In this document: one piece after another, positions 48,057 to 56,881 of the stretch | Numbering within the stretch: the first letter of the stretch is position 1 | Layout of the letters: each line of letters starts with the position of its first letter | Assembly (NCBI GenBank): GCA_025059235.1 | Contig: JANXCV010000001.1 | Coordinates: 207,204 to 271,203 of the forward strand | DNA: 64,000 bases | DNA from: Candidatus Calescibacterium sp. | Lineage (GTDB): Bacteria > DRYD01 | Reading direction: 5' to 3' | The notes under the pieces: generated by a model | Database searches by the model: none | The model's input: the letters and a program-made list of their open reading frames with translations, nothing else | What the model was told of the DNA's origin: nothing | Made by a program: the position numbers and the translations under genes

Positions 48057-48803
48057 ATGTTACAAAACTGGATCCTTTATATAGGATGGATAGGACTAGT
48101 TTTTTTTAATTCGTTGTCCTCTATTTTCAGATTAAGGATATATTTTGAAAATCTGCCCTATCAGATAATCCATTTGGGATATAACTCGATATTTATCGTG
48201 GTTTTGACGATAACTTTTACCGGTATGGTTATATCCTTGGAATTGTCGAAAGAGGCCGTTAGGTATGGGGTTGCTGATATGGTTGGTGGAGGAGTTGCAA
48301 TAGCTATGGCCAGAGAGTTCGGCCCTATGCTCACTGCAATCGTGCTTATCGGTAGATCAGGATCCTCTATTGCAGCCGAAATATCTACCATGAAGATAAC
48401 AGATCAGATAGATGCTTTAAGAAGTATGGGAATCGACATATACGATTATCTTGTTTCTCCAAGACTATTGGCAATGCTAATAACTCAACCAATAATAACC
48501 ATATTTTCTGTGATTTCTGGTACTTTCGGAGGAGCAGTTATGGCAGAAATCTATGCCAATATAAGCTATAGTGTATATTCTGACTCTGTTCAGAGATTTT
48601 TGGAAACCAGTGATATAATAGGAGGTGTAATAAAAAGTGTAGTTTTTTCAGTTGTTATCGTTGTAGTTGCTGTTGTAGAAGCTTTGAATTGTCCTCGTAA
48701 TAGCGCAGGTGTAGGGATTGCTGTTACTAATGCCGTCATGAAATCAATTATATTTATCTTTATCCTGAATTTTGTTCTATCTTACCTGTTGTTTGCAAAA
48801 TAA
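48057..48803 (+). CDS. mlaE: MlaE-family ABC transporter permease
   Basis: LIGRSGSSIAAEISTMKITDQIDALRSMGIDIYDYLVSPRLLAMLI matches the MlaE core. No mlaF or mlaD is adjacent. Confidence 0.8.
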   Translation: MLQNWILYIGWIGLVFFNSLSSIFRLRIYFENLPYQIIHLGYNSIFIVVLTITFTGMVISLELSKEAVRYGVADMVGGGVAIAMAREFGPMLTAIVLIGRSGSSIAAEISTMKITDQIDALRSMGIDIYDYLVSPRLLAMLITQPIITIFSVISGTFGGAVMAEIYANISYSVYSDSVQRFLETSDIIGGVIKSVVFSVVIVVVAVVEALNCPRNSAGVGIAVTNAVMKSIIFIFILNFVLSYLLFAK

Positions 48804-48857
48804 GAGGAGTTTTAATCAGGAAATTGAATTTTATTTCAGTAAGGTGGTGTAAGTGTT

Positions 48858-49202
48858 ATGAAAACAGTAAGAGTCAAAAATAGTAGCATAATACTTCGAG
48901 AGATCCATAAAAAATACCTACCCTCCGAAAAAGAAATAAACTTCAAAGTTGGTGATTATGTAAAAGTTCATCAAAAAATAGTCGAAGGAGATAAAACCAG
49001 AATCCAGGTTTTTGAAGGGCAAGTAATAGAAATCCATGGACCAAAAGAAAATATCTTCTTCACTGTAAGAAAAGAGGTACAGGGAGTAGGGGTAGAAAAA
49101 ACTTTTAGGTTAAATAGCCCTATCATAGAAAAAGTAGAGTTTGTAAGACACCCACTTAAAAAACCAAGAAGAAAGAAACTCTTCTACCTTAGAGGAGGAT
49201 AG
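48858..49202 (+). CDS. rplS: 50S ribosomal protein L19
   Basis: FKVGDYVKVHQKIVEGDKTRIQVFEGQVIEIHG...FTVRKEVQGVGVEKTFRLNSPIIEKVEFV. Confidence 0.95.
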   Translation: MKTVRVKNSSIILREIHKKYLPSEKEINFKVGDYVKVHQKIVEGDKTRIQVFEGQVIEIHGPKENIFFTVRKEVQGVGVEKTFRLNSPIIEKVEFVRHPLKKPRRKKLFYLRGG

Positions 49203-49204
49203 TA

Positions 49205-50086
49205 ATGTATAAAAAAATACTCCTTCTAACTTTAATCTTTGTGCTCTTTTCTATTTATTTACATAGTTGTCAAAAGACAGATAATACGATCGTAGCTGAA
49301 GTAGATACTGAAAAAATTACCCAAGCTGAACTGAATAAAGAGCTGAATAATCAATATGGAATGGAGGTCCTCCAGAATCTAATTAACCAAAAGTTAATAA
49401 TACTGGAAGCAAAGAAGAAAAATATATCTGTCACAGAAGCTGAAATAGAAAAAGAAATTGAAAAAGTCGCTCTAAACTTAGGAGGAATTGATAAACTAAA
49501 GGAACAGATAAAAAATAGAGGAGTATCCATGAACGATTATAAGGAAAAGTTAAAACTGGATATTTTGCTAAGAAAACTGATAGTGGCAGATCTGACCGAA
49601 GACGAAATAAAAGTGTTCTATGAAAATAATAAACAAAAGCTTCCTATTGTTGAGGTTTCTTTCATTATGGTTCCGGATAAAAATCTGGCGGAATCAATTA
49701 TTAAAAGTCTCAAGAACGGTGGCGATTTTTCTAAGCTAGCAGAAACATACTCCCAAGATCCGATAAGTAAAGACACCAGAGGGTATGTCGGCTTCTTGGC
49801 TAGATACGATATCTCAAGAAACTCCCCTACTTTCAAAGCTCTGGAAGACGCAATATTTAAAAACCCTAAGCCTGGAAACGTCATAGGCCCAATAGAAATA
49901 CAATACAATAATCAACCCCTATACTATATCGTAAAATATCATAATGTACTAAGAACATATGAAGAAGTTAAGCCCAAAATCCAAGAACTACTAGCTCAAC
50001 AAAAAGCACAAGAGTATATCCAGAGACTTAGAAAAAATGCTAATATAAAGATAAATTACAAACAAAATCTAGAAGAAAAGAAATAA
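49205..50086 (+). CDS. Parvulin-type peptidyl-prolyl isomerase (PrsA/SurA-like), secreted or lipoprotein
   Basis: Signal-like N-terminus ending YLHSC. PpiC domain VSFIMVPDKNLAESIIKSLKNGGDFSKLAETYSQD...GYVGF. Confidence 0.8.
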   Translation: MYKKILLLTLIFVLFSIYLHSCQKTDNTIVAEVDTEKITQAELNKELNNQYGMEVLQNLINQKLIILEAKKKNISVTEAEIEKEIEKVALNLGGIDKLKEQIKNRGVSMNDYKEKLKLDILLRKLIVADLTEDEIKVFYENNKQKLPIVEVSFIMVPDKNLAESIIKSLKNGGDFSKLAETYSQDPISKDTRGYVGFLARYDISRNSPTFKALEDAIFKNPKPGNVIGPIEIQYNNQPLYYIVKYHNVLRTYEEVKPKIQELLAQQKAQEYIQRLRKNANIKINYKQNLEEKK

Positions 50087-50089
50087 GAT

Positions 50090-50896
50090 ATGATAAACAG
50101 ATTATTGCTTATAATATTTCTGATGGTGTCTATATTTGTATTAGCTAAGGAGGAAAAGGATTTAAGAGCAAGGTTAGTAATAGTGAGTGATCCTTCTCCA
50201 GCAGCGGTATATATAAACAATGTCTTTGTAGGAAATACGCCCCTAGATATAGAAATTAGTCCTGGACAGCATAGGATAAGAATAGCAATAGACGAAAATT
50301 ATGTACCTGAATACATAACACTTGTTGCTTTTGCAAAGAATAAGTATGAGTACAAGGTGAACATGAATCTTACGTCGCAAGGGGCATACAGAGCGGCTGA
50401 ACACTATCACAAACTAGGAGACCTTCAAAAAGCAAGAGATTACTATATCCTGTCTACTACATCTTTTGGTAAAACCATCCCAGAAGCATATTTCTATGCC
50501 GGATATATCGATTTTTTATTTAAAAATTTCGAAAAGGCAGAAGAAAACCTATTAAGCTATATCAGTTATAACTCAAAAAGTGCGTCAACTTGGTACGTAC
50601 TTGGAGAAACCAGGAACACACTAGGTAAAAAGAACTTAGCTATAGCTTGTTACAAAGAGTGTCTGAAAGTACTCTATCCGAAGACACAAAACCTGTTAAA
50701 CTCCGTAAAGGTTAGCAGCGAAGAACTGGAGAAACTGAAAAAGGAAATAATAAACTATCCAACACTAGATAACTACATAAGATTGGCAAGGATATATGAA
50801 CAAAAAGGAGATCTCGAAAATTCAATCTATTACTATAGAAAAGCTATCTTTCTATTTGATTTGAATCTAAATGAGCCTTACCAGAAGAGAGGTTGA
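50090..50896 (+). CDS. Secreted PEGA-domain / TPR-repeat protein
   Basis: Signal-like N-terminus. PEGA-like LVIVSDPSPAAVYINNVFVGNTPLDIEISPGQHRIRI. TPR-like AEHYHKLGDLQKARDYY and IRLARIYEQKGDLENSIYYYRKA. Confidence 0.6.
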   Translation: MINRLLLIIFLMVSIFVLAKEEKDLRARLVIVSDPSPAAVYINNVFVGNTPLDIEISPGQHRIRIAIDENYVPEYITLVAFAKNKYEYKVNMNLTSQGAYRAAEHYHKLGDLQKARDYYILSTTSFGKTIPEAYFYAGYIDFLFKNFEKAEENLLSYISYNSKSASTWYVLGETRNTLGKKNLAIACYKECLKVLYPKTQNLLNSVKVSSEELEKLKKEIINYPTLDNYIRLARIYEQKGDLENSIYYYRKAIFLFDLNLNEPYQKRG

Positions 50897-50903
50897 TAGA
50901 TAG

Positions 50904-51695
50904 ATGGAGTGCTTAGCACCTCTGGCAAGTGTAGGTATATTCCTTATCATTCTGTTTGTATCTTTTATTTTGCCGATCATAATTTCGATGATAAAGATAA
51001 TAAATCAGTATGAAAGGGGTATAAGATTAAGACTGGGGAAATACAGAGGAGTAGTTGAGGGTCCCGGTCTAGTAATCCTTATACCCTTTATAGATAAGAT
51101 GATCGTTGTCGATACCCGTGAAACCCCTATGAACCTTCCCTCCCAAGAAGTCATTACTTCCGATAATATAACCATAAAAGTAAGTGCAGTAGTTTATTTT
51201 CAGGTAATTGAGCCAGATATGGCAGTATTGAGAAATCAAGATTATATAACATCTATCTTTCAGATAGCTCAAACAACACTTAGAAACGTCGTCGGTCAGT
51301 CAGAATTGGATGAAATCTTACAACAACGAGAAAGGATAAACGAAAAAATAAGAGATATCGTAGATGAAAATACCAAACGTTGGGGTGTAAAAATAACTTT
51401 GGTAGAGATAAAAGATATTGAGTTGCCAGAGAGCTTACAAAAGGCAATGGCAAAGCAAGCTGAAGCTGAAAGAGAAAGAAGAGCAAAGATTATAAGTGCT
51501 GAAGCTGAATACCAAGCTGCTCAAAAGTTGGTCGAAGCCGCTAACCTAATAGCTTCACAACCTGTTGCACTTCAACTCAGGCTTTTCCAACTCCTAGCCG
51601 ATATAGCTTCCAAGGGGTCTAACCTGGTTATACCCTTACCAACAGAACTATTTAAGTTTTTTGGAAATTACGAAAAACCAAAGCAAGTAGATTAG
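50904..51695 (+). CDS. SPFH/Band-7 (stomatin-like) protein
   Basis: N-terminal TM, then INQYERGIRLRLGKY...ITSDNITIKVSAVVYFQV...TLRNVVGQSELDEIL...WGVKITLVEIKDIELP...AMAKQAEAERERRAKI. Confidence 0.9.
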   Translation: MECLAPLASVGIFLIILFVSFILPIIISMIKIINQYERGIRLRLGKYRGVVEGPGLVILIPFIDKMIVVDTRETPMNLPSQEVITSDNITIKVSAVVYFQVIEPDMAVLRNQDYITSIFQIAQTTLRNVVGQSELDEILQQRERINEKIRDIVDENTKRWGVKITLVEIKDIELPESLQKAMAKQAEAERERRAKIISAEAEYQAAQKLVEAANLIASQPVALQLRLFQLLADIASKGSNLVIPLPTELFKFFGNYEKPKQVD

Positions 51696-51772
51696 AATTG
51701 CCGCTTTTATCGGCAAGCGGTATAGAAATGAGCCGATACAAGCCAAAGCATGGCTTGAAATGAAAAATAACC

Positions 51773-53650
51773 GTGTACTACTACCCTTATGTGAATAGAT
51801 ACATGGAATTCTACAAGTTTAGCATAGAAAACCCCGAAAGCTTTTGGGGGTTTCAAGCAAATATAATTCCCTGGTTCAAAACTTGGGAAAAAGTATTAGA
51901 AAAAAACCATCCGTTTTATAGGTGGTTTGTCGGTGGACAATTGAACGCCTCTTATGTATGCCTGGATCAGCATGCAGAAGGCAATAAAAAAGATAAAGTA
52001 GCTTACTATTGGGAAAATGAATTGGGAGAAAAAGAAGTAGTAAGTTATTATGATCTTTACTGTAAGGTTAACTCTTTCAGTAAGTTTCTGATGGATATCG
52101 GAGTTAAAGAGGGAGATATGGTATTAATATATATGCCTATGGTAATAGATGCTATTGTAGCTATGCTTGCTACTGCAAGACTGGGAGCTACTCATAATGT
52201 TGTATTTTCAGGATTCTCAAAGAACGCGATAATTGATAGGATAGAAGATAGCAAAGCCAAATATATAATAACGGCCACCCATACCTATAGAAGGGGTAAA
52301 AGAATAGATTTACTTTCAACAATACGAGAAATAGAGAATGAAAAGATAGAAAAAGTCGTTGTATTAGACAGAGATGGTAGTTTTACAGAAGGGGGAAAAT
52401 ACATCAAGTGGCCACAGAACAAGAATTTCGAATATGTTGCACCTGTGCACGTTGAGTCAACTCACCCACTATTTGTTCTGTATACTTCTGGAACTACAGG
52501 AAAACCAAAGGGAATAGTTCATTCTACGGGAGGATATTTGGTTTATGTAGCTTGTACATTGAAATGGACTTTTAACGTAGGTGAGGATAGTACTTGGTGG
52601 TGTACTGCGGATATTGGTTGGATAACTGGGCATAGCTATGTGGTCTATGCTCCTCTTGCTTTGGGTATAACAAGCTTTATATACGAGGGAGCTCCAGACT
52701 ATCCAGATCCCTCAAAATGGTGGAGTCTAGTAGAGAAGTACAGAATAACCGAATTTTTCACTTCACCAACTGCTATCAGAATGTTCATGAAATACGATCC
52801 GGAATACATTAAGAAGCATGATCTAGGATCGCTAAGGGCTTTGGGATCAGTGGGTGAACCTATTAATCCTGAAGTATGGGAATGGTACTATAAGAACATA
52901 GGGAATAGTAGATGTCCGATTATTGATACTTGGTGGCAAACTGAAACCGGAGGCTTTATGATAGCTCCATTTATGGGTATAATTCCTCTCAGACCAGGTT
53001 TTGCTTCCTTACCTTTACCCGGAATCTTAGCAGATGTGGTTGATGAGCAAGGAAATAGTTTACCTCCTAACACAAAAGGTTATTTGGTAATAAAAGCTCC
53101 TTGGCCAGGTATGATGATGGGAATACTTAACGATGACGAGAAATATAAGCAAGTTTATTGGTCTAAATATGAAGGGATGTATTATCCTGGAGATTATGCT
53201 TTGAGGGGAGAAGAGGGATATTTTCAATTACTAGGCAGAGCGGACGAGGTAATAAAAATCGCGGGACATAGATTGGGTACCACAGAGATTGAAAGTGCTA
53301 TTCTTGAAAATGATTTTGTTGCAGAAGCTGCTGTTGTCGGAGTTCCAGATGAAGTAAGAGGAGAAACTATCGCAGCTTTTGTAACCCTTAAGCAAGGAGT
53401 TAATAAAGATGAAAGTCTAAAGCAAACTATTATTTCCAAAGTAAGAGAAATAATAGGTCCGGTTGCAGTTTTCTCATCGATATTCTTTGTAGACAAACTA
53501 CCCAAAACCAGATCTGGAAAGATAATGAGAAGGTTATTAAAAGCTATAATGCTTGGAAAAGAACTAGGAGATGTAACCACCCTGGAAGAAGAAGCCTCTG
53601 TTGAGGAAATCAAGAAAGCATACGAAGAACTAAAGCAATCTATAGGGTAA
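51773..53650 (+). CDS. acs: Acetyl-CoA synthetase (AMP-forming)
   Basis: YTSGTTGKPKGIVH, WWCTADIGWITGHSY, DTWWQTETGG, YYPGDYA, GRADEVIKIAGHRLGT, PKTRSGKIMRR. The true start may be ATG 51803 rather than GTG 51773. Confidence 0.95.
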   Translation: MYYYPYVNRYMEFYKFSIENPESFWGFQANIIPWFKTWEKVLEKNHPFYRWFVGGQLNASYVCLDQHAEGNKKDKVAYYWENELGEKEVVSYYDLYCKVNSFSKFLMDIGVKEGDMVLIYMPMVIDAIVAMLATARLGATHNVVFSGFSKNAIIDRIEDSKAKYIITATHTYRRGKRIDLLSTIREIENEKIEKVVVLDRDGSFTEGGKYIKWPQNKNFEYVAPVHVESTHPLFVLYTSGTTGKPKGIVHSTGGYLVYVACTLKWTFNVGEDSTWWCTADIGWITGHSYVVYAPLALGITSFIYEGAPDYPDPSKWWSLVEKYRITEFFTSPTAIRMFMKYDPEYIKKHDLGSLRALGSVGEPINPEVWEWYYKNIGNSRCPIIDTWWQTETGGFMIAPFMGIIPLRPGFASLPLPGILADVVDEQGNSLPPNTKGYLVIKAPWPGMMMGILNDDEKYKQVYWSKYEGMYYPGDYALRGEEGYFQLLGRADEVIKIAGHRLGTTEIESAILENDFVAEAAVVGVPDEVRGETIAAFVTLKQGVNKDESLKQTIISKVREIIGPVAVFSSIFFVDKLPKTRSGKIMRRLLKAIMLGKELGDVTTLEEEASVEEIKKAYEELKQSIG

Positions 53651-53655
53651 ACGTC

Positions 53656-54411
53656 ATGGATATAGAAAAATTAAGATTTGTAAAACCGTACGGGGATACT
53701 TTTAACGACGGGATTGTTCAATTAAGTTTTACCTTACCCGCAAAAGATAGATATACTGCTATCGAGGCTGCAAAAGTTTTGGTCTCGAAAATGGGGATAA
53801 GAGATGCCAAGGTAGCTACTGTAGAGGAGCCCTTAGAAAGATTCTTTTTCTTCGTTATCTATGGTTCTGTTGTTCACGAGATAGATATGGAGCAAATAAG
53901 ACCAATAGTACCTGAGTACGTCAAAATGTCCAAGGAGGAGGTAGAAGAATACGCAGCTAAAAACGGTATAGAAAAGATTGTTATTGTTGGAGCGACAATA
54001 GGTACCGATAGTCATACTGTGGGATTAGATAGTATACTGAATATCAAGGGATTCAAGGGGGAAAAAGGTCTGGAAGCTTATAAATGTTTTAAGGTCTATA
54101 ACTTAGGTCCCCAAGTTATGCCATCTGAATTAGTTAAGAAAGTAAAAGAATTAAAAGCACAAGCGATTCTGGTATCCCAGACTATAACTCAGAAAAATAT
54201 GCATCTTAAGAATTTAACTGAACTTGTTGATTTACTGGAAGCAGAGGAGCTAAGAGAGAGAGTGATTCTTATATGTGGTGGTAGTAGAATAGACCATAAG
54301 ATTGCCAAAGAATTGGGTTATGATGCAGGTTTTGGACCTAACACCACTCCTTCTGATGTTGCTTCCTTTATAGTACAGTTTTATGTAAAGAAGGGAGTGA
54401 GAGATAAATGA
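53656..54411 (+). CDS. kamE: D-lysine 5,6-aminomutase beta subunit-like B12-binding protein
   Basis: KPYGDTFNDGIVQLSFTLP, VGATIGTDSHTVGLDSILNIKGF (DxHxxG), LVSQTITQKNMHLKNLTELVDLLEAEELRERVILICGG, IAKELGYDAGFGP. This pattern is as I recall it for KamE/OraS-type subunits. No alpha subunit (kamD) is adjacent. Confidence 0.75.
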   Translation: MDIEKLRFVKPYGDTFNDGIVQLSFTLPAKDRYTAIEAAKVLVSKMGIRDAKVATVEEPLERFFFFVIYGSVVHEIDMEQIRPIVPEYVKMSKEEVEEYAAKNGIEKIVIVGATIGTDSHTVGLDSILNIKGFKGEKGLEAYKCFKVYNLGPQVMPSELVKKVKELKAQAILVSQTITQKNMHLKNLTELVDLLEAEELRERVILICGGSRIDHKIAKELGYDAGFGPNTTPSDVASFIVQFYVKKGVRDK

Positions 54412-55742
54412 TCATGAAGATAATCTTCTTGATATTTATAGTTATGTCTATTATTTTAACGTTTGCTAATGTAGAGAGAAAAGTGCTGTATAATCCGTCG
54501 ATAGAAGTCATAAATAATAGTTTGGACTTAGACGGACAATACCTCGTTGCTGGAAATATAAAGGGCTATACTGAGACTAGTGACGACTGGATATTCGTAA
54601 TTACCAATCCAGATCTATCTATCTCAAGGATTTCTATTCTAAGTGGGGAATTCAGTGATAGGCTTGTTAATGTTGCTCTAGTTGAAGATAGTATAGTAGG
54701 AATAGGAGATACATGGAGTTTTAGAAGAGAAAGTTTAGACGACATCCTTGTTTCTTACTTTGACAGGAAGCTAGACATGAAGGGGTATTATGTGGTTTCT
54801 GGAATAAGAGATGATAGAGCCTCTAAAATCGTTAGATGGGGAAATAAATACTATTTCTTGGGTTCTACTAGGAGTGTAGGTTTTGGAGCGAATTCCACCC
54901 TTATCTTTTCTTTTGATACCAATTTTTATCCATCTTCATTTTGGGTTATAGGTTCATCAGTCGATCAGGAAACGTTTGATTTAATTGAATTGTCTCCTAC
55001 TAAAGCCCTATTAGTTGCAGGATATCAAAAAATTCCTGGGAATAAGGATTGTTTAATAGCCATAGTCGATAACGAATTCTATATTTCTCGAGCTTTTGCC
55101 TTCGGTGGTGGTTTCGATGAAAATATCGTCGATATTATAAAAGACAAAGATAGGTTTTACTTTATATTCGAGAGTAGATCTTTTAAGCCTCATGACAAGA
55201 CAAATATTTTAATCTCAGCATATAACAGATCTAATCTTTCCCATATTCGCAGTTTTTCATTTGGTACAACTGAGGAGGATAAATACCTGTCTGCATACAA
55301 ACAAGGAGAAAATATTTTCATATTCTTTAGTACTTTGATAAACAAGAGTCCTGTACTGGCAGTGGCAGTACTAGATGAAAAAATGGGATTAAAAGGAGTA
55401 CATAATTTAAACGAATTTTTTGAAATAAACACTCAAGTTTCTGGACTAAAAAGACTAAAAAATGACTTGTGGGTGCTTAATTTATTTAACATAAACACCT
55501 TAGAGGATATATCATTTTTCAGAACAACAGATGTTTTTAACTATCTCTTAAAAGCCGGCTCTAAGGGTAAGGGAGAATCAAAACAAATGTCAGAGGATAT
55601 TAAAATACAAAAATATTATTTGAAGATTGCAAGATATCCTAATATAGAGAGCTATCCTGTCGAGATAAGAAGTCGACAAATATCCTCGGATAACTTCATA
55701 GTGACAAATGAAATAAAATTAAACTATTTTGATGTTCCATAA
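54408..55742 (+). CDS. Hypothetical secreted protein with repeated beta-strand-rich modules
   Basis: 444 aa. Signal-like MIMKIIFLIFIVMSIILTFANV. ATGA-type 4-nt overlap with the preceding gene. No recognisable motif. Confidence 0.55.
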   Translation: MIMKIIFLIFIVMSIILTFANVERKVLYNPSIEVINNSLDLDGQYLVAGNIKGYTETSDDWIFVITNPDLSISRISILSGEFSDRLVNVALVEDSIVGIGDTWSFRRESLDDILVSYFDRKLDMKGYYVVSGIRDDRASKIVRWGNKYYFLGSTRSVGFGANSTLIFSFDTNFYPSSFWVIGSSVDQETFDLIELSPTKALLVAGYQKIPGNKDCLIAIVDNEFYISRAFAFGGGFDENIVDIIKDKDRFYFIFESRSFKPHDKTNILISAYNRSNLSHIRSFSFGTTEEDKYLSAYKQGENIFIFFSTLINKSPVLAVAVLDEKMGLKGVHNLNEFFEINTQVSGLKRLKNDLWVLNLFNINTLEDISFFRTTDVFNYLLKAGSKGKGESKQMSEDIKIQKYYLKIARYPNIESYPVEIRSRQISSDNFIVTNEIKLNYFDVP

Positions 55743-55753
55743 AATTTCTGGAG

Positions 55754-56881
55754 ATGAAGAAAGCGATTAGATATGTAGATATAAAGCCAATTTCTGAAGA
55801 TCTTTTTATTGTCGATGATCCATTCGGTGTTTTCGATAGTTTTATGGTAAATAGAATAACTTTGATGATAATGTTTTTATTTGATGGTACGAGAACTGAA
55901 GAGGAAGTCAGGGTGGAATTTATTAGGAGGACCGGTATTTTTATTCCACACGATCAATTTATAGAGTTAGTTGAATTTTTTAGAGAGAATGGATTATTTC
56001 TCGATGATAGTTTTCATAAGATAAAGGAGAATAGGATAAGAGAGATAGTTAAGAGGGGGTCTTTAGAGTTTTACTTTTCTGATAAAGATTTCCCGTCAGA
56101 TCCTCAGGAACTGATAGTATTTTTGGGGATAGACAAGGTAGACGGTTTGGGTGATTATACTGCAGCCATCATGCCTCATATTGATCTAAGAGTTGCTTCT
56201 GAAACGTACTACAAGACTTATGATAGACTTAAGAAAACCGATTCGAAAAGAGTTTTTGTTTTCGGAGTATCTCATTATTTTCATAAGGGTTTATTTTCGG
56301 TATTTCCGTTGGATTGGGAAACGCCGTTTGGTCTGGTAAGTACTGATAAAGAAGCCGTCAGGAAAATTTCTTCTAAATTCAATTTTGATGTATTTGAAAA
56401 CGTTTTATCTTACAGAAAGGAACATTCAATAGCTTTCCATTTACCTTATATAAAGAGATTATTCGAAAACGTAAAAGTACTGGGAATTTTAGTTTCATAT
56501 TCCGATGATTTACGTTCTGCATGTAAAGTTTTAGATGAATTAGCTCACTTTATAGCAGAAAATTATCCCGATTCTATTTTTATTTCCAGTGTCGATTTAA
56601 GTCATGTAGGTAAAAAATTTGGTGATGATAGATGTTTTGATCCAGAGGAAGTGGATATGAAGTATCTTGAGTTTGTAAGAAACATCAGACCAGAAGAAGC
56701 ACTGGATTATTTAATCGAAATCGATAACTTTACCAGAATAGATGGAATCTTGACAAACTACTTATTCCTTAAAGTTATAAAGAATATAGGGCTAAACCAA
56801 GGAAGTATAGTTGATTATAAAAAACATATCGATAAGTATACCGACTCTATAGTTTCGTATTCTTCCATAGTTTTTAAATGA
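55754..56881 (+). CDS. Memo-family (AmmeMemoRadiSam system protein B-like) enzyme with a PqqD/RRE-like N-terminal extension
   Basis: Memo core: AAIMPHIDLRVASETY, VFGVSHYF, EHSIAFHLPYIK, SVDLSHVG. N-terminal ~100 aa: FMVNRITLMIMFLFDGTRTEEEVRVEFIRRTGIFIPHDQFIELVEFFRENGLFLDD follows the PqqD pattern (LN-x-t-x-x-i-x-x-l-x-DG-x-rT-x-x-Ei...v-x-x-Fl-x-x-L-x-x-x-gl). Confidence 0.7.
   Translation: MKKAIRYVDIKPISEDLFIVDDPFGVFDSFMVNRITLMIMFLFDGTRTEEEVRVEFIRRTGIFIPHDQFIELVEFFRENGLFLDDSFHKIKENRIREIVKRGSLEFYFSDKDFPSDPQELIVFLGIDKVDGLGDYTAAIMPHIDLRVASETYYKTYDRLKKTDSKRVFVFGVSHYFHKGLFSVFPLDWETPFGLVSTDKEAVRKISSKFNFDVFENVLSYRKEHSIAFHLPYIKRLFENVKVLGILVSYSDDLRSACKVLDELAHFIAENYPDSIFISSVDLSHVGKKFGDDRCFDPEEVDMKYLEFVRNIRPEEALDYLIEIDNFTRIDGILTNYLFLKVIKNIGLNQGSIVDYKKHIDKYTDSIVSYSSIVFK

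Noticed and set aside
51696-51772. Hairpins TTGCCG-CTTTTAT-CGGCAA (51698-51716) and CAAGCC-AAAGCAT-GGCTTG (about 51739-51757) between the stomatin-like gene and acs, considered as intrinsic terminators or a regulatory element.
   Set aside because: The stems are only 6 bp, have no following U-tract and are easily produced by chance. This is not enough to call a terminator or riboswitch.
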